A stretch of DNA of 64,000 bases from Heteronotia binoei (GCF_032191835.1 NC_083223.1:155868001-155932000), one strand, 5' to 3'. Numbered from the stretch's first letter, positions 12,861 to 26,389 are shown. Numbers and translations are program-made. Notes: generated by a model from the letters alone, not told the origin.

Positions 12861-13450
12861 AAGGGTACTTCACTTACACTGAAACTTAAAACAGAATTAT
12901 ACCCTTCTAAGACCACTGACTACAGTGGACTTAAAAGGTGCCACTCTGTTGGAAGATTAGACTGTTAACCTCAATTCAAGGCAGCAGTATGTTCAGAGAG
13001 AGTCTCCCTACCACAGATTTCAGAAAATTTAAAACAAGCTTAGTTTCAAGATACACATTTTCAGGCCTTATGTTTAAAACTGTCATGCATCTTTATTTAG
13101 CCCATTTCTAAATTTGCTTGGCTTTTTAAATACCCTGATAAATTAAAACAAAAAAAGTTATGAGCTATACTAGCTTTGACATCATCCAGTGAGACAAATA
13201 GTTAAGGGTTTCTCAAGATCATTCCCAAAATAAATACACCTGTCTGCAGCAAATTTCCTCAAAGTATTCTACAGTCAATTTAGTCAGCAATAGTCTGAAC
13301 ACAATGAACTGATCTCTGCAAAAGAACCTTTCCTTCCTTTCATTCAACGAGCATCCTGTAAATAAAACCTTTCCCATTATGCAAAGGGATTGCTTTTGTT
13401 TACAGGCAGGAAACCCAAAACAAACTCTACAGTTTGGAGTAAGAAATAAC

Positions 13451-16400
13451 AGTGATTGTGGGGGTCTGCTATAGACCACCAAGTCAGTCAGAGGACTTGG
13501 ATGACATACTTCTAAAGCAGATTGCAAAGTTCTCCAAGAGAAGGGATACAGTGATCATGAGAGATTTCAATTACCTGGACATCTGTTGGAAGTCCAACTC
13601 TGCTAAAAATGAAAAGTCAAATAAATTCCTGACTTGTCTTGCTGACAACTTCCTTTTCCAGAAAGTGAAGAAGGAAACAAGGGGATCTGCTATCTTGGAT
13701 TTGATTCTCATCAAAAAGGAAGAATTGATTGAAGAAGTAGTAATAGTGGGCACCTTGGGCAGTAGTGACCATGTGATTTTGGAATTTACAGTCTTAGGGA
13801 AGGGAAAAGCTATATGTAGTCAGACTTATAGGTCGGACTTCAGAAAGGCAAACTTTGATAAACTTAGAACTATGCTGGGTAAAACCCCATGGTCAGAAAT
13901 ACTTAGGAGGAAGGGGGTTCAGGAGGGGTGGGAGTTTTTTTAAAGTGAAATACAGAAAGCGCAATCACAGAGAATTCCTATGAGAAGAAAAAATGGGAAA
14001 AGCCTAAAGAAGCCAAGGTGGCTCCATAAACAGCTCTCTAAAGACTTGAGAAATAAAAAAGACTCCTTTAGGAATTGGAAGGAGGGCCTTATAACTAAGG
14101 ATGAATATAAACAAAACACCAGTGCTTGTAGAGAAAAAGTTACAAAAGCTAAAGCTCAGTATGAGCTTAGGCTGGCCAAAGATGCTAAAAACAACAAAAA
14201 AGGGTTCTTTTCTTATGTTCAGAGTAAGAAAAAGAGCAAGGACACAATAGGCCCATTGCGAGGGCAAGAAAGTGAAATTGTAACAGGTAATGAAGAGAAG
14301 ACGAAACTGCTCAATTCCTACTTTTCCTCAGTCTTCTCTTCTGAGGCAAACAGTGCTCAACACGGCAAAAACAGAACATATAAGGAGGGTATGAAGTTCC
14401 AACCTAGGATCAGCATAGGGGTAGTGCATAAACACCTAGTTTCTTTAAATGAAACTAAGTCCTCAGGGCCAGATGAATTGCATCAAAGAGTTCTAAAAGA
14501 GCTTGTGGATGTAATTTCTGAGCCTCTGGCTATTATTTTTGAGAATTCTTGGAGTACAGGTGAGGTGCCGGAAGATTGGAGGAGGGTAAGAACATAAGAG
14601 AAGCCATGTTGGATCAGGCCAACGGCCCATCCAGTCCAACATTCTGTGTCACAAAGTGGCAAAAAATTTTATATATACACACACACTGTGGCTAATAGCC
14701 ACTGATGGACCTGTGCTCCATATTTTTATCTAAACTCCTCTTGAAGGTGGCTATACTTGTGGCCGCCATCACCTCCTGTGGCAGTGAATTCCACATGTTA
14801 ATCACCCTTTGGGTGAAGAAGTACTTCCTTTTATCCGTTTTAACCTGTCTGCTCAGCAATTTCATCGAATGCCCATGAGTTCTTGTATTGTGAGAAAGGG
14901 AGAAAAGTACTCAACTTTCTCCATCCCATGAATTATCTTGTAAACCTCTATCATGTCACCCCGCAGTCGACGTTTCTCCAAGCTAAAGAGTCCCAAGCGT
15001 TTCAACCTTTCTTCATAGGGAAAGTGCTCCAGCCCTTTAATCATTCTAGTTGCCCTTTTCTGGACTTTCTCCAATGCTATAATATCCTTTTTGAGGTGCA
15101 GCGACCAGAACTGCACACAGTACTCCAAATGAGACCGCACCATCGATTTATACAGGGGCATTATGATACTGGCTGATTTGTTTTCAATTCCATTCCTAAT
15201 AATTCCCAGCATGATGTTGGCCTTTTTTATTGCAAATGCACACTGTCTTGACATTTTCAGTGAGTTATCTACCACGATCCCAAGATCTCTCTCTTGGTCA
15301 GTCTCTGCCAGTTCACACCCCATCAACTTGTATTTGTAGCTGGGATTCTTGGCCCCAATGTGCATTACTTTGCACTTGGCCACATTGAACTGCATCTGCC
15401 ACGTTGACGCCCACTCACCCAGCCTCAACAGATCCCTTTGGAGTTCCTCACAATCCTCTCTGGTTCTCACCACCCTGAACAATTTAATGTCATCCACAAA
15501 CTTGGCCACTTCACTGCTCACTCCCAACTCTAAATCATTTATGAACAAGTTAAAGAGCATGGGACCCAGTACCGAGCCCTGTGGCACCCCACTGCTTACC
15601 GTCCTCTACTGCGAAGACTGCCCATTTATACTCACTCTCTGCTTCCTATTACTCAGCCAGTTTTTGATCCACAAGAGGACCTGTCCTTTTACTCCATGAC
15701 TCTCAATCTTTCTAAGGAGCCTTTGATGAGGAACTTTATCAAAAGCTTTCTGGAAGTCAAGGTAAACAACATCTATCGGGTCTCCTTTGTCCACATGTTT
15801 GTTCACCCCCTCAAAGAAATGTAACAGGTTAGTGAGGCAAGATCTTCCCTTGCAGAACCCATGCTGAGTCTTCCTCAATAACCCGTGTTCATCAATGTGC
15901 ATACTCATTCTGTCCTTGATAATGGTTTCTACCAACGTTCCCGGTATTGAAGTCAGACTGACTGGCCTGTAATTTCCCGGATCTCCTCTGGAACCCTTTT
16001 TAAAGATGGGGGTGACATTTGCTACCTTCCAGTCCTCAGGAACGGAGGCAGATTTCAATTAAAGATTACAGATTTTTGTTAGAAGATCCACAAGTTCAAC
16101 TTTGAGTTCTTTCAGAACTCTCGGATGTATGCCATCCGGACCCGGTGACTTATTAGTTTTTAATTGTTTTAATTAATACATTTAATAGTAAATGTTGTCC
16201 TCATCTTCAAGAAGGGGAAAAAAGACGATCCGGGTAACTACCGACCCATCAGCTTGACGTCTATACCTGGAAAAGTTTTAGAACAAATAATCAAACAGTT
16301 GGTGCTGGAACATTTAGAAAGAATGGATGTGATTACTAAGAGCCAGCATGGTTTTCTCAAGAACATGTCAGACTAATCTGATCTCTTTTTTTGAGAAAGT

Positions 16401-17602
16401 GACTACCTCAGGATATGGGGAATGCTGTAGACATCGTTTATCTTGATTTCAGGAAGGCTTTTGATGAAGTTCCACATACTATCCTTGTTGACAAGTTGGT
16501 TAATTATGGTTTGGATCCTGTTACCGTGAGGTGGATCTGTAACTGTCTGACAGATCGCACCCAAAGAGTGCTTTTGAATGGTTCCTCATCCTCTTGGAGA
16601 GGAGTGACAAGTGGAGTGCCTCAAGGATCTATCCTGGGACCTGTTTTGTTCAACATCTTTATCAATGATTTGGATGAAGGAATAGAGGGAATGCTTATTA
16701 AATTTACAGATGATACTAAATTGGGAGGGGTTGCAAACACAGAAGAAGACAGAAACAGGATACAGGATGACCATGACAGGCTGGAAAACTGGGCTAAAAT
16801 CAATAAAATGAATTTTAACAGGGATAAATGTAAAGTTCTGCATTTAGGTAGGAAAAATCCAATGCATGGTTATAGGATGGGGGAGACTCGTCTTAGCAAT
16901 AGAATGTGCGAAAAGGATCTAGGGGTCTTAGTGGATCATACGCTGAACATGAGTCAACAGTGTGATGCAGTGGCTAAAAAGGCAAATGCAATTTTGGGCT
17001 CTATCAACAGAAGTATAGTGTCTAGATCATGTGATGTGATGGTATCGCTTTACTCTGCTCTGGTAAGACCTCACCTGGAGTATTGGGTTCAGTTTTGGGC
17101 ACCACATTTTAAGAAGGATATAGACAAGCTGGAATGGGTCCAGAGGAGGGCGACGAAGATAGTGAGGGGTCTGGAGACCAAGTCCTATGAGGGAAAGTTG
17201 AAGGAGCTGGGGATGTTTAGCCTGGAGAGGAGGTGGCTGAGAGGTGATATGATCACCATCTTCAAGTACCTGAAGAGTTGTCATATAGAGGATGGTGTGG
17301 AATTGTTTTCTGTGGCCCCAGAAGGTAGGACCAGAACTAATGGGTTGAAATTAAATGAAAAGAGTTTCCGGCTCAACATTAGGAAGAACTTCCTGATCGT
17401 TAGAGCGATTCCTCAGTAGAACAGGCTTCCTCGGGAGGTGGTGGGTTCTCCTTCCTTGGAGGTTTTTAAACAGAGGCTAGATGGCCATCTGACAGCAATG
17501 AAGATCCTGTGAATTTAGGGGGAAGTGTTTGTGAGTTTCCTGCATTGTGCAGGGGGTTGGACTAGATGACCCTAGAGGTCCCTTCCAACTCTATGATTCT
17601 AT
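13451..17602 (+). mobile_element. CR1 LINE (endonuclease, linker, RT, 3' UTR) split by an antisense CR1
   Basis: EN (VGVCYRPPSQ; DFNYLDICW; GSSDH), VPEDWRR|NVVLIFKKG split at 14587/16188, RT ORF 16415-17419 (YLDFRKAFD; GVPQGSILGP; FTDDTKL), ATGATTCTAT tail. Confidence 0.94.
14588..16187 (-). mobile_element. CR1 LINE (ATGTTCTT-tail family), 5'-truncated, nested antisense in another CR1
   Basis: ORFs 15606-16058 and 14862-15587 (GNYRPVSLTS; YLDFQKAFDKVPH; PQGSVLGP); tail at 14588; near-identical to 33097-34639. Confidence 0.95.
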
Positions 17603-17969
17603 TTCACATGTGGCAACAAAAACACAGAAGTTGTTTCATGCACAACACTAGCATGATAGCAAAAGGAATAGATATTACAAGATGATGTCTTCTTTCATAC
17701 AGTATATTTGAGGTTAGAAGAATGATGGTGTGTGGAAGCAAAACCCTGAAACTGCCTCTGCACTAGGATTGTTCAATTCCCCCCTTCTCATTTTTTCAAT
17801 CTGGGTATATTGAATTGAACAAAATTTCAGGTTCCCCAAAGAATCCCAGATCCCAATACCATTGTGGTATTCAGATCCGGCATTTTTTGGAAATCCTGGC
17901 TTTTTTCCAGGTCCAATAGACCCAAGAAGAAAAAAATGGGAGGGGAGAATTTCACACCAGAAACTGTAC

Positions 17970-18087
17970 CTGCAGGGAACAGGTCACAGCTGATCGTGGG
18001 CTCATTTCTCTTGCTGCAATAGAAGCCAATGTCAAGCTGCCTCACCCAATCCTCAGCTGACTTCTCTTGCAGCTCAGTTAAACTAAG
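17970..18087 (-). CDS. Internal coding exon of an unidentified host gene (LSLTELQEKSAEDWVRQLDIGFYCSKRNEPTISCDLFPA)
   Basis: CTCCCTTTGCAG acceptor and CAG|GTACAG donor; 118 nt; only phase 0 is open; unique, non-repeat sequence. Confidence 0.65.
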
Positions 18088-18133
18088 CTGCAAAGGGAGC
18101 CAGCCCTAGCCAAGGTGGCACAAAGCTCTCAGG

Positions 18134-18416
18134 AGAGCCAGTTTGGTGTAGTGGTTAAGTGTGCGGACTCTTATCTGGAAGATCTGGGTTTGATTCCCCA
18201 CTCCTCCACTTGCACCTGCTAGCATGGCCTTGGGTCAGCCATAGCTCTGGCAGAGGTTGTCCTTGAAAGGGCAGCTGCTGTGAGAGCCTTCTCCAGCCCC
18301 ACCCACCTCACAGGGTGTCTGTTGTGGGGGAGGAAGGTAAAGGAGATTGTGAGCTGCTCTGAGACTCTTCGGAGTGGAGGGTGGGATATAAATCCAATAT
18401 CATCTTCTTCTTCTTC
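18134..18416 (+). mobile_element. tRNA-derived SINE (Squam3-type)
   Basis: AGCCAGTTTGGTGTAGTGGTTAAG head and (TTC)n tail; near-identical copies at 44333 and 63249. Confidence 0.88.
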
Positions 18417-19019
18417 AGCTCCCACTGCCCCACCTGACTCTCTGTTGGTTTAAAACGGGCTGCAGGAGAAGCCAGCCAACCCCAAGCTGAACTTGCAGGG
18501 TCTGCCTTCTGCAGCCTCTTTAAGATTTAAGGGGACTACAGAAGCCCAATCTACCAGTAATTCCTGACTATATTCAGGATTTTCTTGGATTTTTTCCCAA
18601 GCTTTCCCAAGAAAACCCAGACACATTTGGGAAGCTGAAATATATCTGGAAAAAGACACCAAACTATTGCTGAAGGGGTGGCTGTCACCAGACCTGCCTG
18701 GCAAGCCAACATCTCATTGGCCAGCATTCTCACACTGAGCCCCAATTGGTTTTCCCCAGTCTTGTGCTTCCTTCAAGGAGATGGGGGGACTGGCAAATGC
18801 TGCCGCCTGCTTCAGAAGAGGCAGCGGTCTTGCCCGCCCGCCCCTCGAATGAAACACAACACAAGTTATGGGTTAAACTGCGAATTTTATTTAAACATAA
18901 GCTGATCTGCAACACACTAAAGCATGGGTTGTATTGTGCTTGCAGAGCAAGCATCCTAATAGGGCAAACCCACCCTGGTTCAGAGCCAGGTCCAGGATCC
19001 CTCCAGACCTTACTCATCA

Positions 19020-20190
19020 CAGCCCTCTCAACAGTGTGCAGAAGGAAGGGAGTGCACATTCTGGGGAGGTCATGGCGGAGCAACAGGACCTTATCTGTGA
19101 AAAAATGTGCACAGGCCTCAAAGCCAGTCTCCAATTCCCTATCATTTGGTTTGCTCTGTGGCAAGTTTGTAAGGGTCCAAATTGTGCTAAATAATTGGGC
19201 CGGGCGAGAATTTGCAGATGCAATCTGGGTTGCAAAGTAAACCTTCTTTGCAGCCTTGACTGCCATTTCATAGGACTTCATAAACAGTCTATAAGATGTT
19301 CTTTTCGCCTCTTCATGAGCACGCCACCATCGCCTCTCTAGCCGTCTAAGCCACCGTTTCATAAGCCGCAGTTCCGGGGAATACCACAGCACAAGCCATG
19401 AGCGGCAGCAAAGAGGGCGCCAGGGAGCAATCTTGTCGATGGCTATAGAGAGTTGTTGATGCCCCATCTCCACTAGTTCATGAAGCGAGTTGCCAGGGGA
19501 CCAAGGATCCCGCAGAGCCATTTGAAGCCGCATTGGGTCCATCTGGCTTCGCAGGCGAGCTAAAATACCCTTGCCACCTAAACAGGGTTGTGGTGGCACA
19601 ACCATATGGGCTTTCAGGGTGTAGTGGTCCGACCATGGCACTGCCTCAGCGGTAATCTGGTCCACCACAGCTCCCGCCACAAAGATCAAATCCAGCATGT
19701 ACCCAACCTGATGGGAAGTAGTTGTTACATACTAGGAGAGCCCCAATGTCACCATGGATGACATCAGGTGCGTTGCTCGTACAGATTCCATGTCATTGGC
19801 ATGACGTTGAAATCGCCCAAGACCAAAAGCTGTGGGAATTCCAATGCCCAGCCTGCTATGGCCTCCATCAGGGACGGTAAGGCACTGGCTGGTGCGTTAG
19901 GTGGCCAGTACACAAGCCAAATAGCCAACCACACCCCCAGATCCAATAACAGGCCAGCACACTCTATGCCGGTGATCACTGGGGGTGGCAGCACCCAGAA
20001 AGAATAAGCCTCCTGTATGAATAGTGCCACCCCTCCCCCCCACCTGCTAGTCCATGACTGGTGAAGGACCGAGTACCCAGGTGGAGCCATTTGAGAGAGA
20101 GCTACTGTCTCTCCATCTCGCACCCAGGTCTTGGTCACGCAATAGGACTGCGGTCTTATTATTAACGGACCTGGCACTGCACAACACCAG
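19020..20190 (-). mobile_element. L2 LINE, endonuclease and linker fragment
   Basis: SRWGGGVA, LVYWPP, LVLGDFNV, LDLIF, WSDHY, WYSPELRLMKRWLRRLERRW in ORFs 19764-20177 and 18730-19698. Confidence 0.88.
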
Positions 20191-20507
20191 GGCCGGAGGT
20201 GAGTAATTTCTAAAAGGAATTATCCATTCCTTTTAAAAGGAACTATGTGCACTTTCTAATGAGCTGGTTCAGGCCATACATTGGTACTACATTAGGGAGT
20301 GTGCCTTTGCATTCTAGACACAAGTGTGCCTTCAACACCAGTGGAGGTCTGCATAGTGCCATGTTACCCAATTTCCCCATACATGCAGCAGCAAACCAGA
20401 TGATACAACATGATATGGATGCCTAGCTAATGTATGATATATAATTATACCTAGTATTATTCATATTTGCAAAAGCAGTGTCTTAGAGTCTAATCCAGTC
20501 CACTTAC

Positions 20508-20540
20508 CATAAGAACATGCAGCTCTCTGACTCTGGAACC
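20508..20540 (-). CDS. Candidate 33-nt coding exon of the host gene (GSRVRELHVLM)
   Basis: TTTGTTACATTTAG acceptor and ATG|GTAAGT donor; phase 0-0; splices in frame to the 18087 exon. Confidence 0.55.
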
Positions 20541-20634
20541 CTAAATGTAACAAAGGACTTGATACCATCCCCACACCATAAATAATATTTCTAATCTTCC
20601 AAATCATTTCACTAATTATTTGGAATGAATGAGA

Positions 20635-20671
<37 letters not shown>

Positions 20672-20681
20672 ATATAGAGAG

Positions 20682-20850
20682 AGAGTCCCCTGTGCAAGCA
20701 CCAGTCATTTCCAACTCTGAGGTGACGTTGCTTTCAGAACGTTTTCATGGCAGATTTTTTACGGGGTGGTTTGCCATTGCCTTCCCCAGTCATCTACACA
20801 TTCCCCCCAGCAAACTGGGTACTCATTTTACCGACCTCAAAAGGATGTGG
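20682..20850 (-). mobile_element. Sauria SINE 3' half flanked by (TA)n/(CA)n/(GT)n microsatellites
   Basis: Reverse complement matches the 3' part of the Sauria SINE at 61733 (GGGAAGGCAATGGCAAACCACCCCGT...GCACAGGGGAC). Confidence 0.85.
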
Positions 20851-20892
20851 CCTAATATGCAACTGAATGAATATATATATATTCTTTCTCTA

Positions 20893-20923
<31 letters not shown>

Positions 20924-22124
20924 GAAGGAAAAGAAGTTAAGGGAGGGGTGCTAAAATTAACATATTTTTGTGGCTGCAATCCTAAAAGGCACTCAAACTG
21001 GCTCAGTGTATCTCAGTATTACAACATGATGCATTTCTAACTGAATGCATTTGTGTTTATAAAGGTAATAGATTATTACTAAATTAAACACAACAAAAAT
21101 AACACTGCCAAAGGATAAAATTGAAAGTTCATGGAAAATAGTCAGAATATACAAAATAATTCCGTACATGCCCTTTCTTCAGAGAGCTGTTAAATTATTA
21201 TGCAGGGCAGAATAAAAATCTGTAGTGTGCGCAGTTGGAACTGTAAATGACCTTGATCTGGCTGTTCAAGCATTACACTGCTTTTGTTGGATACAAAGGA
21301 GGAAGAATATCTCCCCAACTGCTACAGCTTGTGATGAAAATACACAATCAGCAGCTGCTTGGCGACCACTACTTTCTCAAATCAAATGAATGCAAAAAAC
21401 TTATTCTTCCCCCCACCATCAATTCAAGATGTTATTTTTAAAAACATCTGCTATTAGAGAAGTTCCATTAATCCCTATAATATTTAGGCTGCTGGTATAC
21501 ATTCTGCATCAGCAGCAAATTTTCAAGTGCCTTGCTGTCTTAGAAATGCTTGTAAGATACATGCATATTAATGTAAGGAAATGATAACAGCACCACACAT
21601 TAACATCCCTATATCAAATAATCAGGGGCTGCCGATCCTCCTCACCATGAAGCCAGCCTTAGCTACAATATAGGATTGAGGGTGGGGGAAGCCACCAGGA
21701 CCTGACATGGAAGGCAACCCTTTTCCTGCTTCCTTACCACATTGAGGGACAGGTGAATGAGTGAACAAGAGAGAGTACAAAAGCTAAAGAGGGCAAGGAG
21801 GGGTAAACTGGCATGGCAGGGGGAGAAGCAAGGTGGGGTGGGGGGGAGGTAGAGGTAAGCCATAGGAGGTGACTGGGGAGACAGAGGCCAGAAACTGGGG
21901 GCAGAGATGGAGGGTAAGCCAAAGCTGATGATATGGATTGGAGAATATCTCAAAACCCCAGTAACTGGAATTTCTGTAAACTCAACTTAGCTATATGTAT
22001 ATGAATGAACTGATCCCAAGGCTCACCAATAAAGGCTATAACCTTGCATGCAACACACACTCAAACAGCAACCATGGCAGACAATACACAGGGGACTTCT
22101 GAGACAGTCACACTGAATGTATTA

Positions 22125-22721
22125 CCGTATTTTTCGGACCATAAGGCGCTCCGGACCATAGGACGCACCTTCCTCCTGGGGGGCGATCCGCTGCCTCCGC
22201 CTCCGATCCCGGCGCTTTCCCCGCGCCTGCCTGCCTGGCTCCAGCTTCTTCCAGCAAGCGCTGGGATCGCTCCACGCTGCCCCCACCGCAAACCCAGCGC
22301 TTCGCGAGCGCCGGCTGCAGAGAGGGCAGCGTGCTTCCTCCGTGCCTGTCTGCCTGGCTCCAGCTCTGACGCTTACAGCAAGCGCCAGGATCGCTCCCTC
22401 TGCCCTCCGATCCCAGCGCTTGCTTTAAGCATCAGAGCTGGAGCCAGGCAGACAGGCAAGGAGGAAGCACGCTGCCCCCTCCACAGCCGGCGCTCGCGAA
22501 GCACTGGGTTTGCGGTAAGGGCAGTGTGGAGCGATCCCAGCGCTTGCTGGAAGAAGCTGGAGCCAGGCAGGCAGGCGCGGGGGAAGCGCCGGGATCGGAT
22601 GCGGAGGCAACGGATCGCCCCCCTCCCCGAGGAAGGTACCTTCGCTCCATAAGACGCACACACTTTTCCCCCCACTTTTTTTTTGGGGGGGGAAGTGCGT
22701 CTTGTGGTCTGAAAAATACAG
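22125..22721. mobile_element. Tc1/mariner-superfamily (Tc2/pogo-like) fold-back MITE
   Basis: TA TSD; TIRs CCGTATTTTTCGGACCATAAG / CTTGTGGTCTGAAAAATACAG; internal inverted repeat with ~210-bp arms. Confidence 0.85.
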
Positions 22722-22959
22722 TATTTAAAACATTTTATCCGAACTTGTCACCCAGTTAGAGCCCTCAGATGTCCCTCTTGTTGGCTCTCAAAGATACACA
22801 AATATACACAAACAACAACTAAAAACAAAAAGGAAGGAGGGTCAATAAAAAAAACACTCCCCCCCCCACCAAAAAAATCCCAACTGGTGGAAGACATCAA
22901 AAAAAAAGGGACACACTATGAGATACAGTCATTCTTGGATATAATCTCTATCATTATGA

Positions 22960-25900
22960 CACGGAGGGATGAGTTGGGGGAAGTGCTGCATTGGACATCA
23001 CAGAGGGTACAGAATCAAATAAGTTAGAAAACATTAGGGAATTGAACTCCCCAACAGAAGTGATATGGGTGCAAATACTGGACCATAAGGGTTACTTAGA
23101 AGTGGGCATATACTATTGCCCACCTGATCAAATTCTTGAGGCTGATCTTGAGATGGAGAAGAAAATAAGGGAGGTTACTAAAGCAGATAATGTTATGATA
23201 CTGGGAGACTTCAACTACCCTCACATTTACTGGGTTTAAGTGTTTAAGTCATACTGTAGAAATGAGATTTCTAAACATTATAAATGACTGTGCACTGAAA
23301 AACTGATCACAGAGCCAAGAAGAGGGGCTTGGTTCTGAGCAGGACACAAGGCCTGGTGAGAGCTGCAGGTCTGTTGCACCAATTAGGAACAGTGACCACA
23401 ATGCTATTAAGTTCAGCATTCATGTCAATGGAAAGGTACCACTAAAGTCCAAAACTGCAACATTCTATTTCAAAAGAGGGTACTTACAAAAATGAGGGGA
23501 ATCGTTAAAAGGAAACTGAAAGGGAAACACCAGAGAGTCAAATCCCTACAGGATGTTTAGAAGCTATTTAAAACAATACTATCTAAAGCAGAGGTGTCAA
23601 ACTCATGAAGACCGGATCTGACATAAATGAGACCTTGTTGGGCCAGGCCATGTCGGGCCAGGCCATGTGTGTACCTATTTAAGATTAGGTAGCAGAGATA
23701 TAAACTTTATAAAGGACACAGACAAACAATTAAATACTTTTTAAAAAACTTAAAACATGCTTAAAATGTTAGCACTCACTGGTTTTAAGGTGCTTTCTTT
23801 GTATTTCTCCCATTGATCCAGGAAACTGGGCAAAGGAAGCTCTGGCTCTTTCCTTCCTTCCCCAGGGGACTGGTGAGGGAGGAGGCTCAGCCAACAGAAG
23901 GAAGAGAGGCTTGGCTCAGTACCTCTGCTGTGTAATTGAGAGACCCTGAAAAAACAAGCTCTGCCTCCCTCCCCTTCTTCCCCAAGGGAGGAGCCTCAGC
24001 CCATGGAGAAAATAGAGGTTTTGCTCTGTAGCTCCTGTGTGATTGAGCAAGCCTTGCAAAGCAAGCTGTGATGTAGAAGGTAGCGATAGAGAGGGAGAAG
24101 GAAGAGATGACAGCCAGTTGCTCAGGGGCCTGATAGGAGCCTGATTCGGTCCCTGGACCGCATGTTTGACATCCCTGATCTAAAGCCCAAATAGCATGCA
24201 TTTCTCATTTAAAGAAAGATATTTCAAAGTCTAAAATAATGCCTGCATAACTGACAACACAAGTCAAGGAAGCTATAAAAAGCAAAACGGCTTCTTTTAA
24301 AAACAGAAGGTCTGCCTCAAAGAATTGAACAGAACAGACCACAAGCTTTGGCAAAAGAAATTAAGTTAAAAACAAGGCATGCAAAAAAAGAATTTGAGGA
24401 GCAAGTTGCTTAGAACATCAATACAAAAATAAACATTGATTTAATTATATCTGGAGCAAGAAACCAGCCAGAGAAGCAGTTGGATCTTTGGACGACCAAG
24501 GAATAAAGGGATTGTTTAACAAGATGGGGAGAAGACAGCTCAATGAATTGTTGCTTCTGTGTTCACTGTGTAAAGTGTGGAACATACACCCACTCCACAA
24601 CCACTATTTTCAAAAAGGGAATCTGAAGAACTGAGTCAAATTGAGATGACATTCTACTGGGAAAATTAAAAACCAGTAAGTCTCTAGATCCTGATAGCAT
24701 ACACCCAAGAGTTCTTAGGAAAATCAAATGCAAGACTGTTGATCTACTTGACCCATATACCTAAGCTATCACTAAATTCAGCAGCTGTTCCAGTAGATCA
24801 GAGAGTAGCAAATGCTACAATGCTACACCAATTTTTAACAAAGGGCCCAGAAGGGATCCAGGAAATTACAGGCCACTTAGCCTAATGTCTATCCCAGGCA
24901 AGTCAGTAGAAATTGTAATCAAAGATAGAATTATTAGGTACATAGAGGAACAAAACCTGCTTAGGGTAAATCAGCTTGGCTTCTGCAAAAGGAAGTCCTG
25001 CCTCACCAACCTTTTCAGTTTATGGAACTCTTCACAGTTATCCTCGGTTTTCACCATTCTGAATAATTTTGTGTCATTTGCAAGCTTGTCCACTAAAGTG
25101 CTCATTCTTTGACAAAGGGAACAAGCATGTAGATAACAGCAACCTGGCAGACATTATATACAGACTTTCAAAAGGCTTTTGACAAGGTGCCTCATGAAAG
25201 ACTTCTGAGTAAACTGGGTTCTCTTATGGGTTAAAAATTGGATACATGATGGGAAGCAAAGAGCAGGAATAAACAGACAGTTCTCACAATAGAAGGAAAC
25301 AAGAAGTAGAGTCCCACAAGGATTGGTACTGGGGCTAGTACTATTTAATTTATTCATAAATTATCTGGAGGGTGAGTACTTTAGTGGACAAGCTTGCAAA
25401 TGACACAAAATTATTCAGGATGGTGAAAACCGAGGATAACTGTGAAGAGTTCCATAAACTGGGTGAATGGGTAACAATGAGGCAAATGGAGTTCAACAGG
25501 TAAGTGTAAGGTGATGCACAGTGGAACAAAAAATCCCAACTTCAAGCAAAGGCTAATGGGGTCTGAACTTGCTGAGACTCAGAGGGGAAAAGATCACAGT
25601 AGATAGTTTAGTGGAAGTGTAGAAAAAGTATAGAAGAAGGCAACCAAGATTATTGGGGGTGGCAGTGTATGGTACCTTTCCTATCAGGCAAGGCCTTTCA
25701 ATTTAGGAAAGAGATGGCTAAGGGGAGGCATGATGGAAGTTTATAAAATTATGCACAGGGTGGAGAGAGCTGACAAAGAGAACTGTCCCTCTCAAAAGGG
25801 AACCTCCACATTCAGAGGCAGCCAATCTCTGAATCCCAGAGCCAGGAGGCAACATCAGGGGAAGGCCTTGGCCTTTATGCCCGATTGCAGGACCTCCAAA

Positions 25901-25988
25901 GGAACTATGTGGTCACTGTGTGAAACAGGATGCTGGACTAGATGGGCAATGGTCTGATCCAGTGGGGCTGTTCTTATGATCTTATGGT
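22960..25988 (+). mobile_element. Old, heavily degraded CR1 LINE (EN to 3' end)
   Basis: EVGIYYCPPDQ...ILGDFNYPHIYW (22991-23239), GNYRPLSLMSIPGK, LGFCKRKSCLTNL, and 3' end ...GCTGTTCTTATGATCTTATG; many stops. Confidence 0.85.
23589..24177. mobile_element. hAT MITE (family A)
   Basis: TIR CAGAGGTGTCAAAC / GTTTGACATCCCTG with a perfect 8-bp TSD ATCTAAAG. Confidence 0.92.
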
Positions 25989-26389
25989 ATGCCAATCTCC
26001 CAGGAATTCCACTTTTGGTGCCAGGTTTGAGAAGGCACTTTCTTAGATTGCTACAAAAGTAAGCATTTTATTTTTTATAGTCCATTATGGAGGGTGTGGC
26101 AACCATGTATACCACTTGGAGCTCCTTGGAGAAAGGACAGGATAGAACATCTATTTCATCTCATATGCCAAACTTTCTCTGTTGCAGGGTTTCCCAAACT
26201 TTTTCTCCCGTGGTCTGGTTTTTACCCCATGGTCCGGGTGGAGGATGCTCAGGGAGAGATACAGAAGCTGAGTGCCAGCCAGGAGCTTTCCCCACCCCTC
26301 TCTGAGGTTTCTGAACATCAGAGAGGGATGGGGGAGGGCTTCTGGCCAGCGCACAGTCTCTGTAGTGCTCTCTGAGCATCCTCTGCCTG

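Noticed and set aside
18134-18200. tRNA genes at SINE heads (also 42571, 44333, 61733, 63480)
   Set aside because: They are tRNA-derived heads fused to LINE-like tails and lack a complete cloverleaf.
11378-20190. L2 halves at 11.4-12.9 kb and 19.0-20.2 kb as a single split element
   Set aside because: Orientation and order fit, but a probable host exon lies between them and no shared TSD or clean join was found.
20630-20925. (TA)n/(CA)n/(GT)n tracts as a structured element
   Set aside because: Ordinary microsatellites flanking a SINE fragment.
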